The translations under genes and the position numbers were made by a program. Of a stretch of 64,000 nt of DNA, positions 18,596-29,273 are shown piece by piece. The notes under the pieces were generated by a model. The model was not told where the DNA came from and searched no databases. It saw nothing but the letters and a program-made list of their open reading frames with translations. Numbering within the stretch: position 1 is the stretch's first letter; the number at the start of each line of letters is the position of its first letter. The stretch lies in the sequence record NC_016163.1. One strand, written 5' to 3'.

Positions 18596-20113
18596 TTATT
18601 TCTCTGTATTTGTACCCATAGCATCAGTAGTTACAGAACCAAGTTGCTTAAGGCCAGGGAACTTATTAGGTAGAGTCCAGATATCAGTAATCAACTCTTT
18701 AGCTATTTCGCCAAAGTTAGCTGTTTTAAATAGATATGAATAGATATTATCATTTACCATAGAGTCAATATCTTTCTTATCTTGAGGGAATATTGAGAAT
18801 TTGTTATTAGCAATTTCTTTGATATCCCTATCTATCTTAGCAATAATTACTGGATCTTTAGTCTTAGATTTAAGACGTTTCAATCCTTCAATAATATGCT
18901 TAGGTCTTGCTTTATTAGAGGGATGAGGATCAGCAATATTAATCAATTCTACAAAGCCTTCAAGAATATAATTAGATGTAAATGCCGCAATAAGAAGATA
19001 ATCATCCGAATTCAAAGGTTTATTCTTATTCAATTTATCCTGTACATCGACAAATGCACGTTTATCACGTACACCATACATACCTAATTTAGCAATACCG
19101 CTTGCTAATTCAGGGCCATACCCGTGCATTGCAGCAAAATCATCACAGAATTTTTCTTCAGCACTACCATCCATAGCTATCATACTCATAATTTTAGATG
19201 GTAAAGATACTACAAAACCGAGAATAGAAGTAATTTGCTGAGCTATATAGTTTATCAAGCTAGGAATAATTGATATCCCCATAATAGCTTCAAACTGCTT
19301 GGCTGTATTTACTGAGGTTTTACGAAAATTACCAATACCGTTGATAAATGCCATCATTACTTTATTAATACCACCGAATACTTTTTCATACATTTCGTCC
19401 GGCATATTATTTCTAAGAAGGTTTAGAAGCTTAGCTAGCAATACTACAGGAAAATCAAAAGCTGATTGACACGCAGATACTAATTTAGCTGAGTAAGAAC
19501 CTCTATAGAAATTATGTCCTATTTCATGTAAAATTACAGAAAGTATTTCACCTGATGTTAAAGCTGTATCAGCAAATAATGGTGTAGTAATAGTAATATC
19601 AAGAATACCTGCAACCATAGGGTTTTTATATTTGATTTGTTTACCAGTATTTTCAATTACTGAATTATCAAATGGGATAAACCTATTTACTTGAGACATT
19701 GATTTAAAAGTAAATGCATTAGGCATAAATGCCATAAGAGCCATTGGAAGCTCTTTAGTTTTACCTTTAGTCAGAGCATCATATACCAATATGGCTATAA
19801 AACCGGAGTCTAAAACCCCTAAGTTAATATTACAGCCAGCAAACCCAAAATATTTAGCAATTAAATTACCTAATTCACGAGTTTCTGAATGAAGTTTCTT
19901 AACGTTCTTCTCTTTTGAAATTTTAGTACGGATGTCATCAATAGCTTTCTCCATTTTAAGTAATTCAGGAGTTTTTGCAAAGTACACATCTTCAGTAAGT
20001 AAGGTCTTTCCAAGAATATTCTTTTCTAGAGTATTAAAATTGCATATTCCTTCTTCTAAAAAGAATTTCTCTAATGATTCTTTCAATTCATCTTGTTCTG
20101 CAAACGTAAGCAT
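18596..20113 (-). CDS. Virion-associated zinc metallopeptidase (M48-like)
   Basis: ILHEIGH, EEKFCDDFAAMHGYGPELASG, HPSNKAR. Confidence 0.75.
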   Translation of the reverse strand: MLTFAEQDELKESLEKFFLEEGICNFNTLEKNILGKTLLTEDVYFAKTPELLKMEKAIDDIRTKISKEKNVKKLHSETRELGNLIAKYFGFAGCNINLGVLDSGFIAILVYDALTKGKTKELPMALMAFMPNAFTFKSMSQVNRFIPFDNSVIENTGKQIKYKNPMVAGILDITITTPLFADTALTSGEILSVILHEIGHNFYRGSYSAKLVSACQSAFDFPVVLLAKLLNLLRNNMPDEMYEKVFGGINKVMMAFINGIGNFRKTSVNTAKQFEAIMGISIIPSLINYIAQQITSILGFVVSLPSKIMSMIAMDGSAEEKFCDDFAAMHGYGPELASGIAKLGMYGVRDKRAFVDVQDKLNKNKPLNSDDYLLIAAFTSNYILEGFVELINIADPHPSNKARPKHIIEGLKRLKSKTKDPVIIAKIDRDIKEIANNKFSIFPQDKKDIDSMVNDNIYSYLFKTANFGEIAKELITDIWTLPNKFPGLKQLGSVTTDAMGTNTEK

Positions 20114-20122
20114 TTTTTATCC

Positions 20123-21283
20123 TTACTTACAATGGTTTATAATTAGTATAAATACAAAGTATGAATACAGTGCATTTCGATAAGACATTTTAGTCGCTAA
20201 TCTTTGTGTCATAGCATATTTAGAAGAATATATAGAAAGTAATCTATCTAATTCATCTTTCAACGCAATAAGGTTTTGGTTGGAGGAGTTTGATACAGAT
20301 AACTGTTTTAAAGCGGTAATGGCAAAATCGGTAGTGCATACCCTGCCAATAAGTGCCGGATCAGCATCGTAAATAACTCCAACTAAGTGAGTCATAAACT
20401 CTTTAACAGTAGTAGGACTTTCATTCTTACGAATACTTGCTAAAGTCTGATATACTGTACTAGATGGGATAGAGTTCTTAGCGGCTACTTTCTGAACGAT
20501 ACTCAAATCCACATTACTAGACATGAAATACGTTACTGTTCCTTCTGCCAAGTTCTGGATAACACCTGTACTATTTTCATAGTCTAGTAAGTTACCAGAT
20601 TCATCATCATAGGTTTTTACAGTATTGAGATAGTTCTTTTTAGCACGGTTATTATAGTATTCTTTTGCAATATTCATAATGATTTTATTCAAACGAGAGA
20701 ATATCTGCGTTAAATAATCATTAAGCATCTCATCATTACCTTCAAGAAGTTTCTTCTCATAGTATTGATGTGAATTGAATACTACATCTTTAATAACCCC
20801 GTAGTTATTTTTGGCAGCTTTATATTTAAACTTATCTGAAAGATCATTCAGAGTAAATGCCATAATTTGCTGGTTAACACCATGCTTAAAGTATTTAGGG
20901 AAAAGACCAGAATAGATTTTCAAACTCATATACATGAGAATCAATTCTAAATCGGCTTGTCTTTTTTGTTTATCTAGATCACGAATCATATAACATGAAA
21001 GGATATAGAATGGGTTATTAAGTATCTGCCAGCTAGCTTTAATACTAGGTACTTGCTTAATAACTGCTTTAACTTCTGCCTCTGTTACGCCTACAAACTC
21101 AAGAATAACATCTTGGTCTCTATTAGTAAAGAGTAATCTAGTCATTGGCCCTTGAGCAAAAATTACTTCATGATTCTTATCCATATAGTTAATAATATGC
21201 TTTTTCAAATTAGCAAATTTAACTTTATCATTGATAGCATCATTAATCTTTTTCTCAAAGTTCTTTAAAATAAATGTGCTCAT
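20123..21283 (-). CDS. Putative virion structural protein
   Basis: Start reassigned to ATG 21283 (GAGGA RBS); late promoter upstream. Confidence 0.6.
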   Translation of the reverse strand: MSTFILKNFEKKINDAINDKVKFANLKKHIINYMDKNHEVIFAQGPMTRLLFTNRDQDVILEFVGVTEAEVKAVIKQVPSIKASWQILNNPFYILSCYMIRDLDKQKRQADLELILMYMSLKIYSGLFPKYFKHGVNQQIMAFTLNDLSDKFKYKAAKNNYGVIKDVVFNSHQYYEKKLLEGNDEMLNDYLTQIFSRLNKIIMNIAKEYYNNRAKKNYLNTVKTYDDESGNLLDYENSTGVIQNLAEGTVTYFMSSNVDLSIVQKVAAKNSIPSSTVYQTLASIRKNESPTTVKEFMTHLVGVIYDADPALIGRVCTTDFAITALKQLSVSNSSNQNLIALKDELDRLLSIYSSKYAMTQRLATKMSYRNALYSYFVFILIINHCK

Positions 21284-21303
21284 TTTAAAAATCCTCAATA
21301 ATT

Positions 21304-21316
21304 CTAATGAGTTGTT
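21304..21316 (-). promoter_or_regulatory. Putative late promoter
   Basis: AACA-ACTCAT-TAG. Confidence 0.75.
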
Positions 21317-21323
21317 AAAGAGT

Positions 21324-21351
21324 CCCCATATAGGAATGAACCTATATGGGG
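21324..21351. terminator. Hairpin, CCYWTAT family
   Basis: CCCCATATAGG-AATGAA-CCTATATGGGG. Confidence 0.78.
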
Positions 21352-21357
21352 AATATC

Positions 21358-22332
21358 TTAAATTAACTCAGTAGAGCTACGTTCCATGTACTCTTTACGA
21401 GCATTACGCATCTTCAGAGCAAACGTTTCGACGTTAGATTCTACCAGACCAAACATATTAAGAGTTTCGAGAATGGTCATATTCAGAACAGTTTCATTTA
21501 AGAAATCTTCTGGTTCACCAGAATTATGCTCATTCATAATTTTAACAGTAGAGAAAATTTCTCTTGTAATATTGTGAGCATTATTTTCTTTACGAATGCG
21601 TTCTTTAATATTTTTGGCAGCAATTGGATTCAGGCCTTCAGTCATTACATCTTCATTAAATGCAACTGAATTTTGAATACGCTGTACTTCGTTAGCATAG
21701 GATTTAACTACACGATCACGAATTGTCTCAGACATCTTACCAACCAATGACGCAGCAATACCTTCATTCATGTAGATATACTTCTCATCAGCCTTGCCGC
21801 CTCTAGCCGTTACAGTATCAACTACGTTAATAGCTTTAAAGACTTTCTCTACCTGACCTTCACCAGCATAATTAAAATGAGGATCATAGTCAACACGCAT
21901 AGCTGCAACTTTGTTGATTAAATCAGCAGGAGTACTTTTGTTAGCTCCACCAATTTCAACTACACGATAATGAGAAGATTGTTCACGTAGAGTTTCAAAT
22001 GGATTAGATACAACTACACTACGGAAATTATCAACACATTCATTAATAGCTTGTACTACTCTATCAATAGGAGTCTCTTTAATACCATCAATAGGACATG
22101 CGTTTCTAACGATATCTGCTACCGACTCTTTAAGAGCTTGAATATGTTTATTTCTTTTTTCGGCAATCTTAGATTGCTTTTTAGAACGAGAGGATTTAAA
22201 AGGGGAGAAGGAACGTTGAGTTACTTCTTCTTTAAGAATTTTTTCAGATTCTTCTCTTTTAGCAGCTCGCTGTTCAGCAAGAGTGCGAAAAGCACTTGAT
22301 CTCTGCTGTGATTTTTTAACGTGCTTAAGCAT
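21358..22332 (-). CDS. Putative virion (head) protein
   Basis: 324 aa, several L-x-E motifs, late promoter. Confidence 0.6.
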   Translation of the reverse strand: MLKHVKKSQQRSSAFRTLAEQRAAKREESEKILKEEVTQRSFSPFKSSRSKKQSKIAEKRNKHIQALKESVADIVRNACPIDGIKETPIDRVVQAINECVDNFRSVVVSNPFETLREQSSHYRVVEIGGANKSTPADLINKVAAMRVDYDPHFNYAGEGQVEKVFKAINVVDTVTARGGKADEKYIYMNEGIAASLVGKMSETIRDRVVKSYANEVQRIQNSVAFNEDVMTEGLNPIAAKNIKERIRKENNAHNITREIFSTVKIMNEHNSGEPEDFLNETVLNMTILETLNMFGLVESNVETFALKMRNARKEYMERSSTELI

Positions 22333-22368
22333 TTTTTAACATTCCTTAAGGATTCTTACAACAGTTAA

Positions 22369-22381
22369 CTAAAACCTTGTT
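22369..22381 (-). promoter_or_regulatory. Putative late promoter
   Basis: AACA-AGGTTT-TAG. Confidence 0.75.
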
Positions 22382-22386
22382 ATATA

Positions 22387-24978
22387 TTAAATATAAGTGA
22401 TATCAATACCGTAGTCAAAATCTTGAGTAGTATTAATAGATGGTAAGACTTTAGTTACAGTTAAATATTCTGGAACGTAATCGTATGGAAGGTTCTCTGT
22501 CTTAGCACTAGTATATGCAGTTTTTTCAATATTCTGAATATTTGCACCGTTTACTGAGAAGAACTTAATGAACCTAATAGTACTAAAATTAGTTTCCAGA
22601 TGTGTTATCATATTAGATATTGAGAAACGTTTATCTGATTGATTATTGCAAGCTTCTATAAATGATACAACTTCAGCTTTAATCTCTTTATCTATAGCTT
22701 CTGTAGCTGTTGTAGTTAGGGCTATACTCATCTTAATTCTTAAATCAATAGTATCAGAACTGAAATATCTAGATACACCATAACTATTAAAGAATTTAGT
22801 ATCGATTGAGGTATTATTTTCTAACTGAGCAGTAACACTTCGAATTGCAGTAAGGTTATCTACAAAGTCATTCATAATTTCGTTATTCTGGAATTGGTTC
22901 ATGTAGAACAATGCACCGATTACAGGAACTTTAGAGATAGAGATTTTACTAGTACTAGTATCAATAATAGTTTCATGATACATGATATCAGATAAATCAT
23001 CTGCAAATGAAATCTTATCAATGCCATCTACATCACAAATGAATGCATAATTATTTAAATCAGCCATTCTTTCATATACTGTACCAGTTTTAGCTGCATC
23101 AATAGTCGTATCATTGATCAATACTGCTAAACGAATAGTATATGTAGTTTCAATCGGGAAATCTTCATAAGTGGTGAAGTTATCTGGATTGATAATGAAA
23201 TCTTTAATAATGTAATATCCATCACTAGTAAAAGTATCTTCTGTATTAACTTTAGCAGAAAATACAGTAGTTTTATCTTCTCTAGTTAAATCAAAGTATC
23301 CTTTAAGAATAGTACCGTCATAAATCAGAGCACGTACTTTCAAATTAGCGGGATCAGCCGAATCGGTATTAACGTTACATGATACAGTAAAATCATTAAT
23401 ATCAGTTAAAGGATTACGAGCTATGTCAATGGTATTAATGATAGCTTGATAAGGGGAACGAATATTATAAGAATTATATTCCGTTGTAATGCTTTTATCA
23501 TAATTGGTATGATAGACATTTGTCTTAGGAAACTCTTTAAAATCAATATTCATTAAGAATGGAATAGCGTAAATGAAGTTATCATTATTTGATAAGTAAA
23601 CATCTGGATATTCATCATCTGATAGTAATCGGTATTTACTTGTGACTCTATCATAAATTACCAAAGTTCCAGGCTTAATACTATAATTCATATTCTCTAA
23701 TTCAGATAAAGAGAATTCTAAATCTACAGTATTAGTAGGAATAGTTACACCATCACTATTTTTACCTAGTACATACAAAGTAAACTGACGTCTAAAGATG
23801 TCATCCCGTAATTTAACTATCTGGTACTCGGAATTAGATGAAAGATTTTCTCTTTTAAACTTATCAAAATAAGTTTCCAAATCATAAGTAGTAGTATAGT
23901 TATCACGGGTTCTTAACTGTTGAATAAGGGCTAATTTAGTCTCTTGGAAAGACTTAATAGCCTCACCACCAGTAGATTTACCAGTAGTAGCCGATACTTT
24001 AACTGTAATATTATCAAGACGTGTATCTTTTATATTAATACTGCCAGAATAGCTAAAATTACCTTCTTCTGCCTTAGTAGTGTATACGCTAATTTTTACT
24101 TTAGAATTATAATCAGGTCTAAATCCAGCTGATTCAGAACTGAAGTATATACGTAATGTATCATCCCCTACAAAGGTGTAGTAACAATATTGAGATGTAG
24201 TAGGTTGATCGATTTCGTTAAAAATTAATTCTAAATCAGAATATGATGAAGTAGTAGTATTATTGGCATTGTAAGAAGCTTGGAAAGAAGCTATATTGGA
24301 GCCGTAATTTACTTCAATTATACCTGCATCAAGAATATCATTACTTGAAATAGTAAAGATAAAGTCTTGCTTAGTTAACTGGTAGATTTCTGCTGAAATA
24401 GTAATATAATCAACGCCGCCCTCAGTACTAACAAAACTCTTAAGATATGGGGTTTGAATACTAATAGGCTTATAACTATATGATTCAAAGTCGTAGTAAG
24501 CATTTACTGCAAGCTTACTTGATGTTGAACGATAAAAGTTAATTACTAAATCATATGGTAATAAGAAACTATATCCTGAGACATCAAATTTAATATCTTT
24601 AGATATAGTAAATGTCTTAGTGGCGTTGCCAGAAGAGCTATCTGTAGCAATTTTCTCAATCTCATTGACTGGAAGTTTGATAGCAATTGGCATTTTAGAA
24701 GGAACAGCTAAACTAATATCATAATTTAACGTCTTAGCCCAATTATATAAAGTACCATTTAAGTTTGCATTAATAAGAAAGAATTCATTAAAAAGTACGT
24801 CTCTATGGAACGCACTATCTCTCATTGCATGAGCATTAAGGGCAGTAGTATATCCAAACATACCCGTTTTTAGTAATGAAATGTCATTAATGCTATAGAA
24901 TTTTTGAGCAAGTCTAAGAGACTTCTCCTGAAACAGATATTCTGATTCAGTAATACTAGTTGTAGTGGAAGTTGCCAT
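22387..24978 (-). CDS. Baseplate wedge protein (T4 gp6 / P2 gpJ-like)
   Basis: 863 aa; LYNWAKTLNYDISLAVPS, YTTKAEEGN, STGGEA, TTTYDLETYF resemble gp6/gpJ motifs. Confidence 0.7.
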   Translation of the reverse strand: MATSTTTSITESEYLFQEKSLRLAQKFYSINDISLLKTGMFGYTTALNAHAMRDSAFHRDVLFNEFFLINANLNGTLYNWAKTLNYDISLAVPSKMPIAIKLPVNEIEKIATDSSSGNATKTFTISKDIKFDVSGYSFLLPYDLVINFYRSTSSKLAVNAYYDFESYSYKPISIQTPYLKSFVSTEGGVDYITISAEIYQLTKQDFIFTISSNDILDAGIIEVNYGSNIASFQASYNANNTTTSSYSDLELIFNEIDQPTTSQYCYYTFVGDDTLRIYFSSESAGFRPDYNSKVKISVYTTKAEEGNFSYSGSINIKDTRLDNITVKVSATTGKSTGGEAIKSFQETKLALIQQLRTRDNYTTTYDLETYFDKFKRENLSSNSEYQIVKLRDDIFRRQFTLYVLGKNSDGVTIPTNTVDLEFSLSELENMNYSIKPGTLVIYDRVTSKYRLLSDDEYPDVYLSNNDNFIYAIPFLMNIDFKEFPKTNVYHTNYDKSITTEYNSYNIRSPYQAIINTIDIARNPLTDINDFTVSCNVNTDSADPANLKVRALIYDGTILKGYFDLTREDKTTVFSAKVNTEDTFTSDGYYIIKDFIINPDNFTTYEDFPIETTYTIRLAVLINDTTIDAAKTGTVYERMADLNNYAFICDVDGIDKISFADDLSDIMYHETIIDTSTSKISISKVPVIGALFYMNQFQNNEIMNDFVDNLTAIRSVTAQLENNTSIDTKFFNSYGVSRYFSSDTIDLRIKMSIALTTTATEAIDKEIKAEVVSFIEACNNQSDKRFSISNMITHLETNFSTIRFIKFFSVNGANIQNIEKTAYTSAKTENLPYDYVPEYLTVTKVLPSINTTQDFDYGIDITYI

Positions 24979-24979
24979 G

Positions 24980-25990
24980 TTAGCTCCAGTTATTATTCAC
25001 ACCATTAGGGTATCTAGGATCTTTAGTCTCACCCATTCTGAGTGAATAAATCGGCATACCATTCTCATTAACTTGCTCTTTCTGTATAGACGGGTTAACG
25101 TCACTGGCAGCTAAGTTAACTGAGTTTTCATAGAAGTATTTACCAGTAAAGTCCATTATCTGTGATTTACTATCACTGCTTCCTAATAGATTAAAATCAT
25201 TAAGAATAGCAATATTCATTTCCTCCTTATAGGAGAATTTAAATGAACATTGTACACTATCTATAATTGAGCCTTGTCCATCCTGAGATTGGAAAACGTC
25301 ATATGGAATATTTCCTGGATAAATACCAGTATATTTAGCCCAATATATTAAAGTCTTACCATCTGGTCTGGTTACAAAATGATACATTGAAGACATATAG
25401 TCAAAGTATGAAGTCTGAGAAGAACCCATATTGGACGAAGCAGCTACAGCTGACATTATATCACCTAAGAATGCACCTTCAATATATTCACTCCATAACT
25501 TCATGCTTTTAAGAACAGTAATATTCTGATCTTCTAAGAATGCCATTTCAAACTCACCGCCAATACGTGAGTCTTTTGCAGTAGTACCCATTAGAATTTT
25601 ATATTTATTCCATGTTTCTGCATAGTCTTGGCTATCTAATACTACTGGAGAAGCAGGAAAAGATGTAGCTCGGTTAGTTAATAGTGGCATAAATATACCA
25701 CTCCTACCCGCTAACATATTCACAATATTCGTTGAATAAATACTATCGCCATATCCAGGAAGTTTTAAGAAATTTGAATTATTCTTCAATAATACTTCCG
25801 TGTTTATCCCTGCCCCAACTCCACTAAAATTACCAGAAGTTAAAGATAGATCAGGCGATGTAAAGAAAACGTAATTGTATAAATTAGTTGCAGGGTCATA
25901 AGTAGGACGTCTGTCAAGAAAGAATTCTCCAAACTCTCTATCAGTTCTTTCGACAGCAACATCTATTGATTTTACTTCTTCGTAACTCAT
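24980..25990 (-). CDS. Tail-tube-fold baseplate/tube junction protein (gp48/gp54-like)
   Basis: KLWSEYI...LIYWAKYTGIYP...CSFKFSY tube-like pattern. Confidence 0.55.
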   Translation of the reverse strand: MSYEEVKSIDVAVERTDREFGEFFLDRRPTYDPATNLYNYVFFTSPDLSLTSGNFSGVGAGINTEVLLKNNSNFLKLPGYGDSIYSTNIVNMLAGRSGIFMPLLTNRATSFPASPVVLDSQDYAETWNKYKILMGTTAKDSRIGGEFEMAFLEDQNITVLKSMKLWSEYIEGAFLGDIMSAVAASSNMGSSQTSYFDYMSSMYHFVTRPDGKTLIYWAKYTGIYPGNIPYDVFQSQDGQGSIIDSVQCSFKFSYKEEMNIAILNDFNLLGSSDSKSQIMDFTGKYFYENSVNLAASDVNPSIQKEQVNENGMPIYSLRMGETKDPRYPNGVNNNWS

Positions 25991-26011
25991 GATATTTACC
26001 CTAATTAGAAT

Positions 26012-26024
26012 CTAAACTTTTGTT
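26012..26024 (-). promoter_or_regulatory. Putative late promoter
   Basis: AACA-AAAGTT-TAG. Confidence 0.75.
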
Positions 26025-26083
26025 CCATATAAGTAAATATTAATAAATTTCAATTAATATTAAAAGAATAAATCTAATTATAG

Positions 26084-26096
26084 AACAAGTGTTTAG
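26084..26096 (+). promoter_or_regulatory. Putative late promoter (divergent partner)
   Basis: AACA-AGTGTT-TAG. Confidence 0.75.
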
Positions 26097-26144
26097 TTCT
26101 ATAGAAACTAATAAGCTTATTTGTTTATATGAAGGAATCTCTAT

Positions 26145-27269
26145 ATGTTTGAAGATAATCAAACTTCAAATCTTTTAAATGAGGAATCTGTTGTCGAAGC
26201 TATTTTAGGTACCATTTCTAAAGTAGGTAATTTTGCAATTGACAAATTCTCCTCCTCCAAAGGCTTTGATGACCTTAATAAAAAAGCTAAAGAGAATAGT
26301 CTTACTCTTTATGCTCTTGTCAGCTCCAATGTACCAGCCGACTATTACAAATTAATCTCTGGTGGTCTGGAAGCGAAGATTGCTACTCTTATTGAAGTTA
26401 TTGCTAAGAATGAGATTTCTAAAGATGTGGCATCTGCTAAGGAATTCATCCAGAAATCCCTTACCAATACTACTATGGATTCACTTATTAATTTAGGTAA
26501 AACTCAGGCTAATAAAGCTTTAGGATTATCTGAAGATGTGAAAACTCCACGTAGAAAAGTAAGCGCTGATATGAATTCTCCTATCGTTAATCGTAAGATT
26601 GATGTCAAGACTTCAGAATTAGCTGGTAGAGATAAACCATTTATTTCTCCAGGAAGACTCTTTACCTTTGATATTCGTGCAACTAATGCCCGTGGTGATG
26701 TAGTGAGTCTTACTTATAGCATCTTTGTGAAAGTTAACTTGATCGTTATTGATAGCGATATGTTACTGGTAGCAATGTCTGATGCTAAAGAAAGTTCCAC
26801 TCTCTACCAATATATCAAACACCGTGCATCTGGTGGTGGTTTCGGTAGCTTCTTTAAAGATGTTATCCTTAATCTGAAAACTCTAGACCGTAAAGTAGCT
26901 AGAGCTACTTCTAATAGTCTGGAAGATCGTATTTTAAATGACCTTATTCGTAATAAAGGTTTAGTTGCACCTAATACTACTATGGTCAGCGATTACCTCC
27001 CTGAATTGAAGAAGTTCATGGTTGTAATTGATAAATCTGATGCAGATAGATTGGGTTCAGAGTTTAATTCTACTCTGACTAGTGGCTCTAATCTTAAAGC
27101 TTTCTTTGGTAACATGAACATGCTTTCTCTGTGTGTTATTGATACCGCTAGAGATAAAGCAACCATGTTTGACTCAGACAAACCTACTGAAATGATGGTA
27201 GTTTCTTTACGTGATGTATCACAAGATAAGAAAATTGCTGAAGTCTTCTCCAAAATCTATTCTCGCTAA
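26145..27269 (+). CDS. Putative virion structural protein
   Basis: 374 aa, LLNE/GLSE motifs, late promoter. Confidence 0.62.
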   Translation: MFEDNQTSNLLNEESVVEAILGTISKVGNFAIDKFSSSKGFDDLNKKAKENSLTLYALVSSNVPADYYKLISGGLEAKIATLIEVIAKNEISKDVASAKEFIQKSLTNTTMDSLINLGKTQANKALGLSEDVKTPRRKVSADMNSPIVNRKIDVKTSELAGRDKPFISPGRLFTFDIRATNARGDVVSLTYSIFVKVNLIVIDSDMLLVAMSDAKESSTLYQYIKHRASGGGFGSFFKDVILNLKTLDRKVARATSNSLEDRILNDLIRNKGLVAPNTTMVSDYLPELKKFMVVIDKSDADRLGSEFNSTLTSGSNLKAFFGNMNMLSLCVIDTARDKATMFDSDKPTEMMVVSLRDVSQDKKIAEVFSKIYSR

Positions 27270-27283
27270 GGTAGGATATAGAA

Positions 27284-28375
27284 ATGTCAAATGTATCAAA
27301 CTTTATCAATGAAAAGACTAAAGCTTTCTACCAGAATGATTTGCTTAGTGAACAGGCTTATAATCGTCTGAATACTACAGATAAGAATTCGGCTAAACTT
27401 CAAGCAGTATTGACGGAATATGTCAATATGAAAGAAGTTTTCAAAGATTTCTTTGGCGGTAAAGTAGATTCTTCTGAAAAAGAATTAAAAGCTTTGTCTA
27501 ATGCAAAAGCTCCTCTTTTCCAACAGATTTCTAAGTCTGCTGGCGATATTCGTAAAGTTCAAGATGCTGCTAATGTACGTGAATTGCTGAGATTTGCTAT
27601 CTCTACTAATAATTCATATACTGGTAGTGCATCTAAGAGTGATTTGTATAGCTTCATTAATGTGGCTAACAATATCACTGATCTTTTTGATAAGATGGCT
27701 GCTTCTGCCAATGATTTTAAGAAAGCCATGATTCGTGAAGCATCTGTTGCTTCGGATAAGCGTTTTGTAACTAATCTATACATGTCTCTGGCATATTTGA
27801 TTACTGTTACTGGTTCTGTGGTCTATTCATCTTCTTTGGAAGCTGATTTTGACTATACTAGTGCTAAGCCTATCGTTAAGAATCTGTATTTTTCCTATAA
27901 ATCTGACGCGGTTCCAGAACAAGTCAAGTATATTGGCTTTGCTGCTGATCAATTCCGTAAAGGCTCTCAGAAGAAAATTCTTCAGGGTATGCTCAATGAG
28001 GAATTTGAATTTGCTGAAGAACGTATTGCATTAAATGAAAACATTTTTGATGTTATTGTTGGTCTGGTAGCTAAATCAGATCTCCTGTCAGACCTGTTCT
28101 TAATGCCTGTATATCTTCTGCGTTGGGTAGTATTCTCAATCAAATATCTGGTAGGTAGCATTAAATCTGTCTCCGATAATATTGCTGAGTCTATTGCTCT
28201 TCAGAAACAGCAGCTAGTAACCAAAGATCAATTTGACGACTATAAGCAGCGTTCTAACAAACTGGCATTCAGTATGAACCAGACTGCTATGAAAGCTGAT
28301 TCAGCCGTTGAATTAGAAGCCAGTAAAGACAAGAAGACTTTAAATAATCTTCGGTCTCAAGGTTTAGTACTTTAA
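27284..28375 (+). CDS. Putative virion protein with hydrophobic C-terminal segment
   Basis: 363 aa; MLNE/ALNE then LFLMPVYLLRWVVFSIKYLVG. Confidence 0.6.
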   Translation: MSNVSNFINEKTKAFYQNDLLSEQAYNRLNTTDKNSAKLQAVLTEYVNMKEVFKDFFGGKVDSSEKELKALSNAKAPLFQQISKSAGDIRKVQDAANVRELLRFAISTNNSYTGSASKSDLYSFINVANNITDLFDKMAASANDFKKAMIREASVASDKRFVTNLYMSLAYLITVTGSVVYSSSLEADFDYTSAKPIVKNLYFSYKSDAVPEQVKYIGFAADQFRKGSQKKILQGMLNEEFEFAEERIALNENIFDVIVGLVAKSDLLSDLFLMPVYLLRWVVFSIKYLVGSIKSVSDNIAESIALQKQQLVTKDQFDDYKQRSNKLAFSMNQTAMKADSAVELEASKDKKTLNNLRSQGLVL

Positions 28376-28381
28376 TATACT

Positions 28382-28409
28382 CCCATATCCTCTATCAAGG
28401 GGATATGGG
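28382..28409. terminator. Hairpin, CCYWTATCC family
   Basis: CCCATATCC...GGATATGGG. Confidence 0.8.
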
Positions 28410-28430
28410 GTATTTACTCTTTTTTCGTTA

Positions 28431-28447
28431 ATATATTATTAAAGTGA
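28431..28447 (+). promoter_or_regulatory. Putative early promoter
   Basis: ATATATTATTAAAGTGA. Confidence 0.7.
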
Positions 28448-28505
28448 AAGTAAAATTAGTATTAAAATATAATATTTTACCATAAACTCATCAAGGCTAA
28501 AAACT

Positions 28506-29150
28506 ATGAATATCAAATTTTCAGAAAGTACTATCAATTACTTTGGTCAGGATAAACTTGATTCTGCATTAAAAGATATCAAAAAGAAATTCGGAGATAT
28601 TGATTGCTTTATTCCAATCAGTGTCTCTATAAGTGAGTGCCTCTACGTCAATGGTAGCCCAGTATTAAACAATGCAGGGCATACTTCATTAGTACGTGGT
28701 TTGTTTGACAGCCTTACTGTTAAAGTACAGCTTAATGAAATCTATCTTTGTGATAGCAAATTGTCTTATGAAACACTGTTACATGAAATGTTTCATGCAG
28801 TTGAAATGAGTGCTCTTCTTCTTCAGATGTGGTATGATGAAGAAGCTAAAGAGATCTTAGTTAAAGATCTCGTATCCAATACTACAACTGTTATTGACAA
28901 AAAATACCGTAAATCTGTTAAGTACCATGATTCATTGACATTTGAATCAAGAGCTATTAGTTTTGCAAAAGAACATGCCCCTCAACGTTCCTTTATGGAA
29001 AAAATTAAAGGTTCTTATGAAGTCCTTAAAGCTGTCTTTAAAAAATCAGCTGTTGGGTTTGGTATTTCATTCAGCTTAGAAAGTGAAGTTGCATTTACGT
29101 CAGAAGACAATGTAATGGCTGTAGCTTCACTAACTCCGTTTAAACTATAA
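28506..29150 (+). CDS. HEXXH (zincin-like) domain protein
   Basis: ETLLHEMFHAVE plus downstream FESRA. Confidence 0.55.
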   Translation: MNIKFSESTINYFGQDKLDSALKDIKKKFGDIDCFIPISVSISECLYVNGSPVLNNAGHTSLVRGLFDSLTVKVQLNEIYLCDSKLSYETLLHEMFHAVEMSALLLQMWYDEEAKEILVKDLVSNTTTVIDKKYRKSVKYHDSLTFESRAISFAKEHAPQRSFMEKIKGSYEVLKAVFKKSAVGFGISFSLESEVAFTSEDNVMAVASLTPFKL

Positions 29151-29273
29151 TACCATGTATTCATACCCCTTAATCGGGGTATGAGTATTTGATTATTTTT
29201 GTATGTTCCGATAAAACTCATTACTGTAAAATACAATTATTTAGTAATGAATAAAAATAAGTAGGAAAGAGTA

